Below are positions 10,106 through 20,557 of a DNA stretch of 64,000 nt, piece by piece (position 1 is the first letter of the stretch; each line of letters begins with the position of its first letter). Made by a program: the position numbers and the translations under genes. The DNA is from Candidatus Poribacteria bacterium (GTDB lineage: Bacteria > Poribacteria > WGA-4E > WGA-3G): the NCBI GenBank assembly GCA_965197475.1, contig CBDANF010000002.1, positions 544,001 to 608,000 on the forward strand, written 5' to 3'. The notes beneath the pieces are model-generated. The model was not told where the DNA came from, did not search any database, and saw nothing but the letters and a program-made list of their open reading frames with translations.

Positions 10106-10641
10106 GAACTCATAGCGAGTAAGAGCTAAGCATCGTTGAAAGTTCTCCGAAAGTTTATCATTGAATATGCTAAATTAACGTGAGTTTGATAATTAAAAAC
10201 TGGTAAATAGAGAACCCCTTTGTTATTATGAAGTATATCAAATGCCTCAAAAAGTTTCTGATACGAGCCATCTTTTGACCACCGATTATGCCATTTATAG
10301 ATATTAGACCAATGGAGTTCAGGATGCCGGGTTCGGAGTTGATCCCATTGAATACCCGTATGTAAAACATAGAGGATATAGTTGAATATCTTGTCCAAGG
10401 AGAGTTTCGGTTTCGGGCTTTTGACTCGTTTCGCTAAATGTGGTAAGATATAACGATTGAAATCTTTACGGGAAACCTGTTTGGGAATACAGTTGTATTT
10501 TGGTGATTTTTGAGCCTCGTTTGCCATAATAACACCTTTCATAAAGTAAATCGGTATCTGAAGTGGAAAGAATGGGACATAAATTATACCCTTTTCTTTC
10601 CCTATTTTACCACATCCTTATGTTTTACTCAATATGACTTC
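10106..10641 (-). mobile_element. IS5-family element, internally deleted (transposase remnant 10126-10527)
   Basis: Same TIRs (GAAGTCATATTGAGTAA / GAACTCATAGCGAGTAA) and protein ends as 26146-27142; DDE core missing. Confidence 0.85.
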
Positions 10642-10791
10642 CATATAAACCCAGAGCCATTCAATTCTCCAATTATTTCCACCTTCTCCTTAACACCTCT
10701 TCCTGTAGGAGCAAATTCCAGCTCACGACCATGTCCAAAATATTAAGAGAAACACGAAAACTGAATGGCTCTGATATAAACCTCTTTTTCC

Positions 10792-10820
10792 TTTACATTT
10801 TTCCGAAAATTGAATATACT
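10792..10820 (+). promoter_or_regulatory. Sigma-70-like promoter
   Basis: TTTACA-17 nt-TATACT upstream of the small ORF at 10896. Confidence 0.5.
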
Positions 10821-10895
10821 GTTAGTATAGTCCGCCCGAAATGTTTATTATCAAACACTATCTAAATTTTACCACTTTTTCAAGGGAGAAAATCA

Positions 10896-11069
10896 TTGAA
10901 CTACTTTGATTTGCGCGAAGATGCAATTGATCTGCAAGGCATATTAGAAGATGATAGGGTCTTGGTTACATTTAATCTAGATAATATCGTCGCTGTCATT
11001 GAGTTTGATAGAGTACCCGGAGGCGAGACTTTGGATATGGCACTTTGGGCTTTTTCAAAATATAAATGA
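10896..11069 (+). CDS. Small acidic hypothetical protein (57 aa)
   Basis: Below the ORF-track cutoff. TTG start after AAGGGAG; MNYFDLREDAIDLQGILEDDRVLVTFNLDNIVAVIEFDRVPGGETLDMALWAFSKYK; own promoter. Confidence 0.55.
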   Translation: MNYFDLREDAIDLQGILEDDRVLVTFNLDNIVAVIEFDRVPGGETLDMALWAFSKYK

Positions 11070-11145
11070 TTTCAAACTGTCCGCTTACAATACCTTCGTA
11101 TGATTGGGACAACTCGCTATCGATTATAGGAGTATCCTTTGCAAG

Positions 11146-11174
11146 TTGAAACTTCAATCGTTTTGTGGTATTAT
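11146..11174 (+). promoter_or_regulatory. Promoter of the TA pair with an overlapping inverted repeat
   Basis: TTGAAA-17 nt-TATTAT with extended TGn; TTGAA-AC-TTCAA palindrome over the -35 box. Confidence 0.5.
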
Positions 11175-11279
11175 AAAGTCAAGGAACGCAGCAGTTATCG
11201 GACATTTTTTCAGAGAAATGATGTAACGTCACAACAAAAGAAAGGCGCGGCTGTAAAATTCTCCGCCACGAAAGAAACG

Positions 11280-11498
11280 ATGAAACCAGAGCAAGTGATA
11301 AACCAAGACCCCGACATTCACGGAGGAGTGCCAGTGTTTACCGGCACCCGTGTTCCTATACAGTCCCTGATTGATCATCTGAAAGCAGGGGAGAGCCTTG
11401 ACTACTTTCTTGAAGGATTCCCTTCTGTTTCTCAAGAGCAGGCAATCGCCTTTTTAGAATTCGCATTGACGACGGCAATTGGATCATACTCCAGATAA
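11280..11498 (+). CDS. DUF433 (VapB45-like) antitoxin
   Basis: DPDIHGGVPVFTGTRVPI..L.DHL.AG...DYFLEGFPSV signature. Confidence 0.9.
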   Translation: MKPEQVINQDPDIHGGVPVFTGTRVPIQSLIDHLKAGESLDYFLEGFPSVSQEQAIAFLEFALTTAIGSYSR

Positions 11499-11517
11499 GA
11501 TCGGAAATCAAAGCAAC

Positions 11518-11850
11518 ATGCGCGTACTACTTGACGAAAACTTAGACTGGCGATTGGTAAGATATTTTGATGCCGATTTCCAAGTGACAACTGTTTCTCG
11601 GCAAGGTTGGAAAGGAAAGCGAAATAGCGAGCTCCTTGGGCAAGCCGCGGCAACGTTTGATGCGCTGGTGACAATGGACAAAGGAATTGAATATCAACAG
11701 AACATCAGCAAATACGCTATCGGTGTCATTCTAATCTCTGCCAGAAGCAATCGACTTGAGGACATTCAGTCTGCTATGCTGAGAGTGAATCAAGTGCTCA
11801 GAGACGTTCAACCCGGACAAGTCATCCACGTGACTGCCAATGTGCCATAA
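11518..11850 (+). CDS. DUF5615 PIN-like toxin (VapC45-like)
   Basis: MRVLLDENL, GWKGKRNSELL, FDALVTMDKGIEYQQN. Confidence 0.9.
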   Translation: MRVLLDENLDWRLVRYFDADFQVTTVSRQGWKGKRNSELLGQAAATFDALVTMDKGIEYQQNISKYAIGVILISARSNRLEDIQSAMLRVNQVLRDVQPGQVIHVTANVP

Positions 11851-12042
11851 CTTTTGTATAAAATATATACCATTAGTGACCAATTCCGAACGCTTTTGGT
11901 TATTGCAAGTGATAAAAATCTTCCAACCGAATGTGATAGCAAAATAAGACTGTCTGATCTCGTTGTCTTTACGCGAATTGCTGCGGTTTATTGACAGTAA
12001 TCCAACAATGAAAAACAAAACATCTTCAATAGGAGGTTCATT

Positions 12043-13887
12043 GTGCAAACTCCAACTTCTGCTTTTGAGGAAACCGGTATCGGTTCCATCCACGTTGAAC
12101 CATTACCACCAACAGTAATAGAAGAAACTAAACTTGACTACCACCAACTCTGCCCCGCTGACGATTTTGAGGAACTGGAAGGCAAACCCTTTCATGTCAA
12201 CGGCACACATCTGGCTGTTTTCAAATCCAACGACAAATTTTACGCCGTTGACAATCGCTGCCCACACATGGGTTATCCGATGTCCAAAGGGAGTATCCGT
12301 GATGGGGTACTGATCTGCCATTGGCACCACTGGGAATTTGACCTCAATTCGGGTGCATGCTTCTTGGCATCTGGCGATGACCTGAAAGCGTTTCCTGTTG
12401 AATTACGGGAGGACGGTTATTTATACGTAGGGTTAGCGAAAGGCGAGCGGGAGGCAGCAAAACAACGTGTCATCGCAAACGGAAAACGTGCACTTGAGCG
12501 TGGTCTCAAGGACCGCAGCACCTTCTTTATCGCCAAAGCCGTTACAGCACTTCGTGATGCAGGCGCACCACCAGCGGAGATTATTCAACAAGGACTCCAC
12601 TACGGGTCACATAAAAGTAGTGATGGATGGTCGTCAGGTGTAGCAATCCTCACACTGGCAGCGAACCTGTGGGATGACGTTGATCCAAAAGACCATAACC
12701 TTTTCCTCGTACACGGATTAAGCCAGATTAGCCGTAGAACATCGGGAAGTGCACGCCCCTATCGCGCCCCCTTTCCGCGAGTTAATGAGGATCACGATCT
12801 GGAAACATTGCAGCGATGGTTCCGATATTTTGTAGATAAACGCCACAGAGGCGCAGCGGAACGCATCTTGCTAACGCTTAATGATCGAGACTACGATAAA
12901 TCGGTCATCGCAGACTTCGTATACACGGCAGCGACAGACTATTACTTCACTGGAGACGGACACGCGCTTGATTTTGCGAATAAAATGTTTGAAGCGTTGG
13001 ATTACGTCAACTGGGAAGGATCACACGAGATTTTGCGACCGATCGTCGTTGACTTGGTCAGTAGAACACGCCATGAGGAAACCTCTCGATGGGCAGACTC
13101 TGTACCTGTCTTACAACCCATCTTTAAGAGACTCAATAGTGTGTGGGAAGACAATCAAGCGAACGAAGCCGAACTTGATATTTCAGCGTTTACACAGACG
13201 CTGCTCGGTGACGACTTTGAACCTACTGTCGTAGCGGTTGAGCAGAACCTTCGCAAAGGGGTTAAGCCAACTGACATCTGCCGCGCGATGACTTATGCAT
13301 CGGCAATACGAACTGCTCGGTTCCATCTCAAAAACGAAGGAGACTGGCACGATGTCGCGAACATTTACTCCTATTCTCACGCTCTTTATCACGCTTTTCA
13401 GTATTCACCAAGTGCTAACCTACTGCGTGGTATATTTCACGGTGTAGTTTATTTGGCATATTTACGCTGGTTGAACATGCCTGCCGCCCGCATTCCCAAA
13501 CCCGGGCAGCGGATACCTGATGAAACTTACGCCTCTGCTGGCAAAATGTTAGAACGGCTTCAAGAATTCGCTGACTTCCAAAAAGTCTATGAAGCAGAGA
13601 TTCTGGTAAATCAATATCTTGAAGAAGGGCATGATGTCTCTGCACTAAAACGAACGCTCTCACACATCCTGCTACGTGAAGACGCAGAACTCCACATGTT
13701 CCAGGTCCTTGAAGTCGCCTTCCGGCATTACGACTTGTCAGACGACTTTGAAGAACAACGGATGCATCTATTGGCAGCGACACGTTATATCACGGCACAG
13801 AAACTGATGAAGAACATTTTGTGGTCCACCGAGAATGCAGAACGTCTCGCGCGAGGTGAGTTGCTTAGCGAACGCGACGATGATTAA
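12043..13887 (+). CDS. Rieske [2Fe-2S] domain fused to a ~500-aa helical domain of unknown function
   Basis: DNRCPHMGYP and CHWHHWEFDL Rieske ligands; C-terminal GHALDFANK and FHLKNEGDWHDV motifs; GGAGG RBS before GTG. Confidence 0.8.
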   Translation: MQTPTSAFEETGIGSIHVEPLPPTVIEETKLDYHQLCPADDFEELEGKPFHVNGTHLAVFKSNDKFYAVDNRCPHMGYPMSKGSIRDGVLICHWHHWEFDLNSGACFLASGDDLKAFPVELREDGYLYVGLAKGEREAAKQRVIANGKRALERGLKDRSTFFIAKAVTALRDAGAPPAEIIQQGLHYGSHKSSDGWSSGVAILTLAANLWDDVDPKDHNLFLVHGLSQISRRTSGSARPYRAPFPRVNEDHDLETLQRWFRYFVDKRHRGAAERILLTLNDRDYDKSVIADFVYTAATDYYFTGDGHALDFANKMFEALDYVNWEGSHEILRPIVVDLVSRTRHEETSRWADSVPVLQPIFKRLNSVWEDNQANEAELDISAFTQTLLGDDFEPTVVAVEQNLRKGVKPTDICRAMTYASAIRTARFHLKNEGDWHDVANIYSYSHALYHAFQYSPSANLLRGIFHGVVYLAYLRWLNMPAARIPKPGQRIPDETYASAGKMLERLQEFADFQKVYEAEILVNQYLEEGHDVSALKRTLSHILLREDAELHMFQVLEVAFRHYDLSDDFEEQRMHLLAATRYITAQKLMKNILWSTENAERLARGELLSERDDD

Positions 13888-13923
13888 CACTTATCAAAGG
13901 GATTTAGCGATTTCTAACGCTTT

Positions 13924-13963
13924 GGGCTGGAGTCCTACTGCTTTCGAGGTTGGAGGAAAGCCC
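13924..13963 (-). mobile_element. Possible IS200/IS605-type end hairpin remnant
   Basis: Minus strand GGGCTTTCCTCCAACCTCGAAAGCAGTAGGACTCCAGCCC resembles the TTCCTCCC..(T)AAAG..GGG.TTCCAGCC terminal hairpin; no tnpA/tnpB nearby. Confidence 0.35.
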
Positions 13964-14097
13964 GTCACTTTCTCAGAAAAGTATCAAACAGGACGAAGTC
14001 TTGAACTTACAGTGCCGCATTGTCCTTTACCACAGATAACCCGACACGGTGTAATTTGAGCAAAGTGTTGACTCCCAAATAATTCGGTTCAGAAACT

Positions 14098-17000
14098 ATG
14101 CCAAACAGTGAAAACACAATCACCAGTGCCTTTGTAAACGTGCTACGCCCCATGAGAGATGCATGGCGTGTTGATGAACAAATTACGAAGCCGTTCCTTA
14201 ACGCTACACAGAAACCTGATGTAATTGTCACCGAAACAGGACGAAACCCAATCGTCATTGAAGTAAAAATTGACGGTAAGACACCAAATCTTTCCGGTAT
14301 GACACAGGCTGAAGCACATTTTGGAATGCTGCTTGATCCCAACGTTTTCTCAGGTCTTACTTACGATACCGTTGAAAACGTCCTACGCGTCCGTATGCCT
14401 GCCCGATTCAAAACGATGCCACAAGGGAACATTGACCCCGAAATGCGGAAAGCAGAAGACATCGCTTACATGCTTATCAACAGACCAGAAATAGAAAACA
14501 AACCAAAATCTGATTCAGACCTATTCATCTATGAAGCAGAAGAAACAGAACAAGATAACGAAGCAGAACCTGAACGTTTTCCTCAAAACGGTTGGTTAAA
14601 AGGAAGCGTAACCGACATTGCAACCGCTATTCGCGTCGGAGCAACTCCCATCTCCAAAATCAACGCCGCAGCTGACTTATTAGAGGCGCGGATAGAAATT
14701 GCCGCGAAGCAGCTTGAGGCAGCAATTTCAGAACGCCCCGGCATCGACGAGGAAATTGAAGGGATTCTTTTTCAAAAATCTGGTCAACAAACTTCGCGGA
14801 TGGCAATGCTTATCATTACCAACGCCTTTGTGTTTCAGAGTGCACTTGCCGGTAAATCCGAAATGGAAGATGTCCTATCTCTCAAACGGATGTTAGCCGA
14901 TAACGCGAGACGACTCCGCTACGATCAAGTAATTGCTGGATGGAACATTATTCTCAACGTAAATTACCGTCCGATTTTCTATGTCGCAAAACGACTCATA
15001 GAGGCTATCGCAACTGACGACGAACTGATTGATAGAGTGTTGGCAATTCTTTGTAGGGCAGCAAGGGAACTGGTTGACCAACGACTCACGCAGGTACACG
15101 AACTCGCTGGAACTGTTTTTCAACGGCTCATTGTTGACAGAAAGTATGTTAAAGCAAACTACACACGTCTTGAATCCGCTTCCTTGTTGTCTGCTTTGTT
15201 ACTGCCGAAAACCCAAGAAGATGTCCGAGAATTGAAGATCGCTGATTTTGCCTGCGGGACAGGTTCACTTCTCAACGGCACATACCAACGAATCCTTGAA
15301 CTTCATGAACAAGCTGGCGGTAAAGGCAGCCACATTCACACACAGATGATAGAGAAAAACATCGTTGGATGCGACATTATGCCAAACGCAAGCCACTTAA
15401 CCGCGTCACTCCTTACAAGCACTCACCCGGATTTGAAAATCGGTAACACCCGAATCCATACAATGCCCTACGGCAGTCAAGAAGATCGCAGTTATGCCCT
15501 CGGGGCACTTGATCTGTTTGATATCCCTGGAACACTTCCGCTCCCAATGATGGGTACAGAAGTTCAACAGGTCGGTGGGGAGGACGACACGACAGTGATT
15601 ACACAAACGGAATTTCGCCATAACGAATTTGATATTGTCGTCCTAAATCCACCGTTTACCAGACCTGATTCTGATCCAAAAAGCAGTGTGCCAAAAGCCG
15701 TATTCAAAGGAAGCAACAGAACCAAAGAAGAAGAAAAGGCAATGCGCAAGGCACGTAAGCGAAAAAAATGGCGAGTCGGCGATGGCAATGCAGGACTCGC
15801 TTCCGACTTTGTTGACCTTGCAGACAAAATGCTAAAGGAAAATGGAAAGAGTAGAATGGGATTCATTTTGCCTATTACGTCTCTATCTGCCTCTGACTGG
15901 CGGAAAGTACGGAATATGTGGGCGACTGAATACCACGATGTGGTTGTAATTACCATCGCGGATGCCAAGGGTGAAGGCTGCGCATTTTCTGCAGATACAA
16001 CCATGGCAGAGTGCATAGTAGTAGCAACCAAGGGAGAGAAAAATGACAATACAGGACGCGGTACGTTTATATCCCTAAACCATCGTCCTCGGAGTGTGTT
16101 AGAAGCAAGTGTAGTAGCAAATACTATCCATAGGCATCATAGCATTCGTCGGTTAGAAGATGAACCGAGCGGTGGTGATCCGCTTAAAGTCGGGGACGAT
16201 TCACTCGCACATGTCCTCAACTGTCCGTTATGGATAGACAAAGCGTGGGAGGCTGTCCGTATCAAGGAGATGGCTTTAATCCAATCCGTATATCGTTTAG
16301 CAAACGGAGAGATGTGGCTGCCAACACAAGTGGACCCGGTAAAGATTCCAATATGCAGTGTAGTCGATATCGCTGAGATTGGTGCAACGCATCGGGATAT
16401 TTATGAAAAAAGTGAGCGTGGCGCGTTTGACGTCGAAAAAGGCTACAACGATACTGATCTCTATTCAGGCTTATGGCATGTTAATGCCCCAGCACAAAGG
16501 GCAATGGTTGTTGACCCCGATTGCCACCTCATCACGCGTGCTAACTGCCATGACAAAGCACAAAAGATACTCACACGCAATGGACGTGTGCATTTCAACC
16601 TGAACATGGGATTTAACGCCAACTCCCTCGGTGTCCTATTCACTACAAAACCTACAATCGGTGTTGCTTTGATGCCTAACATTGCCTTTAAGGATAAAAG
16701 TCGTGAGTATGATTATGCCTGGACGCTCTGGGGCAATTCAATATTAGGGCTTATGCTACACTGGGCACATAGCGGGAAACAACAACCGGGTAGAGGCATG
16801 AGTGCGCGCAGGATGTTACTCCAAATGCCAACATTAGATGTGCGGTGTCTGTCAGATAATGCATTAGCAAACGCAGAACATGTCTTCCACGACTTGAAAC
16901 ATAAGCGGATGTTACCTTTCAATGAGGCAAATCACGACACGGTGCGTCACGAACTGGATCGTCGTTTGTTGAATGAAGTGCTGGACATCACGAGTGAAGA

Positions 17001-17124
17001 TGCACACAACGCTGTTCACCGCCTCCGCGAACTGTTGGCTGCCGAACCGAGTATCCACGGCGGAAAGAAATCACGGTGCGATCTTGAAAAGGAATGGGAA
17101 CAACTTAAAAAGCAGGATATGTAA
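14098..17124 (+). CDS. Type IIG restriction-modification enzyme (endonuclease + N6-adenine MTase + TRD)
   Basis: N-terminal PD..IEVK nuclease motif; motif I DFACGTGSLL; motif IV VLNPPF; 1008 aa. Confidence 0.85.
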   Translation: MPNSENTITSAFVNVLRPMRDAWRVDEQITKPFLNATQKPDVIVTETGRNPIVIEVKIDGKTPNLSGMTQAEAHFGMLLDPNVFSGLTYDTVENVLRVRMPARFKTMPQGNIDPEMRKAEDIAYMLINRPEIENKPKSDSDLFIYEAEETEQDNEAEPERFPQNGWLKGSVTDIATAIRVGATPISKINAAADLLEARIEIAAKQLEAAISERPGIDEEIEGILFQKSGQQTSRMAMLIITNAFVFQSALAGKSEMEDVLSLKRMLADNARRLRYDQVIAGWNIILNVNYRPIFYVAKRLIEAIATDDELIDRVLAILCRAARELVDQRLTQVHELAGTVFQRLIVDRKYVKANYTRLESASLLSALLLPKTQEDVRELKIADFACGTGSLLNGTYQRILELHEQAGGKGSHIHTQMIEKNIVGCDIMPNASHLTASLLTSTHPDLKIGNTRIHTMPYGSQEDRSYALGALDLFDIPGTLPLPMMGTEVQQVGGEDDTTVITQTEFRHNEFDIVVLNPPFTRPDSDPKSSVPKAVFKGSNRTKEEEKAMRKARKRKKWRVGDGNAGLASDFVDLADKMLKENGKSRMGFILPITSLSASDWRKVRNMWATEYHDVVVITIADAKGEGCAFSADTTMAECIVVATKGEKNDNTGRGTFISLNHRPRSVLEASVVANTIHRHHSIRRLEDEPSGGDPLKVGDDSLAHVLNCPLWIDKAWEAVRIKEMALIQSVYRLANGEMWLPTQVDPVKIPICSVVDIAEIGATHRDIYEKSERGAFDVEKGYNDTDLYSGLWHVNAPAQRAMVVDPDCHLITRANCHDKAQKILTRNGRVHFNLNMGFNANSLGVLFTTKPTIGVALMPNIAFKDKSREYDYAWTLWGNSILGLMLHWAHSGKQQPGRGMSARRMLLQMPTLDVRCLSDNALANAEHVFHDLKHKRMLPFNEANHDTVRHELDRRLLNEVLDITSEDAHNAVHRLRELLAAEPSIHGGKKSRCDLEKEWEQLKKQDM

Positions 17125-17126
17125 AA

Positions 17127-18785
17127 ATGAGAATAAATAGTATTCAATTAAAATATTTTAAAGGTTTTGAAGATTCTGGTAAAGTCCCAATAGGCAGTGT
17201 AACTAGCATTATTGGCAGAAATGGACATGGCAAGTCAACTCTTTTTGAAGCTATTAGGAACACGTTTAACTATGAGAATATTAATCTAAATTCGGAACAA
17301 AGAAACGGTACTGACAAAAACCCAACGGTTTGTTTAGAGTGTGATATTACATCAAAAGATAGTATTTCAGGGATAACGAGTAATACCACTCTTAAGATTG
17401 AAAGAACAGTAAATGGGATAAAGGGTGCTAATAATGATATAATAAGACAAATATTTAATATGACTAATATTGTAACTCAACCAGAGATAATTCAGATTCC
17501 GTTAACTATTAATTTATCCAAGGGTCAAAACAATGCTGCTATCAATGTCCTTGTAAAGGATAACCCTGGATGGAAAAATATATTTGGGACATTATCCATT
17601 ACACCTGATTATATCAAAAATCAATTGCGTGATGCAAACACAAAAGAACAATTTCATGCAAATACTATAGATGATTTGGTAAGAGATTTTACTGAAAACT
17701 TTAATAAATGGACGATACATATTACAAATCGAACTTATGATTTTAAGATTTTTTTTGGAGAAAACAACGAATCAAAACTTGAATTATACATGCATGTTCG
17801 GCATAAACTTGCAAAGTCACAAGAATGGTCAAATTGGTCAAGATTAGAACAAAAATCAGTAAGTTTCAGAATTTTACTCACATTAACAATCCACAGGTTT
17901 AAAAATGACGGCCATAGTGAAAATCATATTTTTCTTTTTGATGAACCATTTGTTCATATGCATCCAAAAATGCAAGTAGAAGTTAAGAACATAATGAAAG
18001 AATTTAGTGAACACAATCAAATAATTTATACAACACATTCTCCATATTTAAAACAAGAAAATAACAGTCTCTTTTGTGTAGAAAAATCTCCAGACGCTTT
18101 TGTAATAAAAACTGAAGATCAATTGGATCCAGAAGAACAAGCACAGTATATTGATGATTTCAGCATGATTACGCCTTATGATTTACAACGTTATTTTGAC
18201 TTACAACACCAAACATCAGAATCCGATAAAGACCTCTTATGTTATGTTGAAGGGAAAACGGATGTAGAATATATAAACCACGTATTGAATATACATGATA
18301 AAAAGTGTATTTTGAATTCTGTTGATATATTTGATTTGGAAGGAAAGGGGAACTTAGATGCAGTTTTTGCTGGTGAGAAAATGCAAAGAGAAAAAAATAG
18401 TAGAATTGCACCAAATATCTTATTTATTTATGATTGTGATGCAAAAATGAAGAAAAAATCTGACGAAAAAATTGGTCTTTTTGTAGAACAGATTCCATCT
18501 AATAATGGTAAAATTAAGAAAGGTATTGAAAATTTATTATCCAATACTTCAATTGAAAAAGCATACGAAGAGGCAATAATAACACAGTATAATACAGAAA
18601 AGTTTGAAGACGACTCCGGGAATTATCATGAAGAAAAGTCTTACGTAGTCAAAGATAACGAAAAATGTAGTTTACAAAAATGGGTATGCAAACAGCCGGA
18701 AAACGTTGAAGATTTTAGAGCATTTGATGTTATTATATCAATTGTCGAATCTACATTGGAAAAATTAGGTAAGGACGGTTCATAA
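17127..18785 (+). CDS. OLD-family ATP-dependent nuclease (ABC ATPase + TOPRIM)
   Basis: Walker A GRNGHGKST, Walker B FLFDEP..HMHP, H-loop TTHSPY, TOPRIM YVEGKTD and YDCD, GIENLL; visibly AT-rich. Confidence 0.85.
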   Translation: MRINSIQLKYFKGFEDSGKVPIGSVTSIIGRNGHGKSTLFEAIRNTFNYENINLNSEQRNGTDKNPTVCLECDITSKDSISGITSNTTLKIERTVNGIKGANNDIIRQIFNMTNIVTQPEIIQIPLTINLSKGQNNAAINVLVKDNPGWKNIFGTLSITPDYIKNQLRDANTKEQFHANTIDDLVRDFTENFNKWTIHITNRTYDFKIFFGENNESKLELYMHVRHKLAKSQEWSNWSRLEQKSVSFRILLTLTIHRFKNDGHSENHIFLFDEPFVHMHPKMQVEVKNIMKEFSEHNQIIYTTHSPYLKQENNSLFCVEKSPDAFVIKTEDQLDPEEQAQYIDDFSMITPYDLQRYFDLQHQTSESDKDLLCYVEGKTDVEYINHVLNIHDKKCILNSVDIFDLEGKGNLDAVFAGEKMQREKNSRIAPNILFIYDCDAKMKKKSDEKIGLFVEQIPSNNGKIKKGIENLLSNTSIEKAYEEAIITQYNTEKFEDDSGNYHEEKSYVVKDNEKCSLQKWVCKQPENVEDFRAFDVIISIVESTLEKLGKDGS

Positions 18786-18929
18786 ATAATTGTGACTGCA
18801 AGCAAGACAGTCATGGACTTGAAACTGTTCCTAACTTAAGATGGTCTTTTCTTGCAAAGGTAGGCAAAGAGGCGTTACTCACGAGTATGGACATGTTTTT
18901 GTGCAGGATATGAAGTTGTTAACCGTGGC

Positions 18930-20057
18930 TTGTTAGATAGAGGACTCATGCCTGTTATCTTGGAAGACCCGCAAGCAGCGGGACTCCCAAAACCGGATAT
19001 GCTTGTCCATTCCGAAAATCCATTTAACGGCGAGTTGCCGCCGCACCTCCTCAACGATGATGTTACGCCCACGGCACGACATTTCGTCCGCAATAACGGC
19101 AGTGTTCCAGAACGAGCAATAAAAAAAGAATTAAACGGGTGGAAACTGATAATTGATGGTGAAGTGCATAAAGAACTGGCATTGTCAATGGAGGATTTGC
19201 TTCGTTTTCCGCAGCTCACTATGCAGGTAGTATTGGAATATGCGGGGAATGGTAGAAGCTTATTTTCGCCAGAAGTTGATGGTAATCCGTGGCGACGCGG
19301 TGCCGTTGCCTGTAGTGAATGGACTGGAGTTCGCTTACGCGATGTCCTGCAAGCAGCGGGTTTAAAACCGAGTGCTGTCTATACTGGAAACTATGGTGAA
19401 GACCTTCCCGCTGATGGCAGTGAGCAATTTTCGCGAGGCATTCCAATTGAGAAAGCGATGGATGAACACACACTCATTGCACTTAAGATGAATGGAGATG
19501 CTTTACCCGCAGCACACGGATTCCCCGCAAGATTAATTGTCCCAGGATGGATCGGTAGTTCCATGCAAAAGTGGCTCAACCGTATCTGGGTGAGGGGTAA
19601 GGTTCACGACTCAGAAAAAATGAGTGGATACTCCTATCGCATTCCTGCGTATCCTGTGGAACCGGGAGATAAACCGGCAGTAGAAGATATGCAAATTGCG
19701 ACTTCATTGCGGGTTAAGTCGCTCATTACGCAGCCAGAACCACTTCAGAAATTCAGCAAAGGAATTCCTATAAAGGTCCGGGGGCATGCATGGGCAGGTG
19801 AAAACTATATCAATAGCGTCCTTGTTTCAACAGATTTCGGTATTCAATGGCAAGAAACCATGTTGTTCCTATCATCAAATAGATATGCTTGGTCCCATTG
19901 GGAAACCGAACTGACCTTTGCGAACAGAGGCTATTATGAAATCTGGGCACGTGCTTTTGACGATACAGGCAAAGCACAACCTTTTAGCCAACCGTGGAAC
20001 CCCAAGGGTTACCTCGGAAATGTCATTCACAGAGTGCCTGTTTCAATAACCGCATAA
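18930..20057 (+). pseudogene. Sulfite oxidase-family (SoxC/SorT-like) molybdoenzyme, probably inactivated
   Basis: HFVRNN, AHGFPARLIVPGWIG..KWL, WARAFD..G.AQP, WNPKGY; the Mo-ligand motif reads LEYAGNGR instead of LECAGNGR; a signal-like RWSFLAKVG segment lies upstream in another frame. Confidence 0.75.
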
Positions 20058-20074
20058 ATAGAAAGGATTTAGCA

Positions 20075-20557
20075 ATGAAACTTGGTGTTATGTCCGACAG
20101 CCACGACAACATTCCGAATGTTAAACGCGCTGTCGCACTTTTCAACGAAATTGGTGTGGATCTCGTCGTCCACGCAGGCGATTTTATCGCACCGTTTGCA
20201 ATTGACCCATTAGCCGATTTAAACTGTCGCGTCGTCGGTGTTTTTGGAAACAATGATGGCGAACGTGTTGTCCTTGCGAAAAAGTTTGAAGCCATCGGTG
20301 AGGTGCATCCGAACCTTGCCAGTACATCACTTGGTGACAAAACCATCGCTGTAATGCACTATCCTGAACTCGCTATCCCTATTGCCAATAGTGGCGATTA
20401 CGATATTGTCGTCTATGGACACACGCACAAGATAGACATTCGCAAGGAAAAATCTCTATTGCTTAATCCTGGTGAAACAGGCGGTTGGACGACGGGCAAA
20501 GCTACGGTTGCTGTTGTAGATATAGAAACACTTGAGGCAACAATTCATGAACTCTGA
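20075..20557 (+). CDS. YfcE/MJ0936-family metallophosphoesterase
   Basis: SDSHDN, HAGD, GNND, GHTH, NPGE motifs. Confidence 0.92.
   Translation: MKLGVMSDSHDNIPNVKRAVALFNEIGVDLVVHAGDFIAPFAIDPLADLNCRVVGVFGNNDGERVVLAKKFEAIGEVHPNLASTSLGDKTIAVMHYPELAIPIANSGDYDIVVYGHTHKIDIRKEKSLLLNPGETGGWTTGKATVAVVDIETLEATIHEL

Noticed and set aside
17127-18785. Gabija, PARIS or retron-associated system
   Set aside because: No UvrD-like GajB, separate AriB or RT adjacent; ATPase and TOPRIM are in a single ORF.
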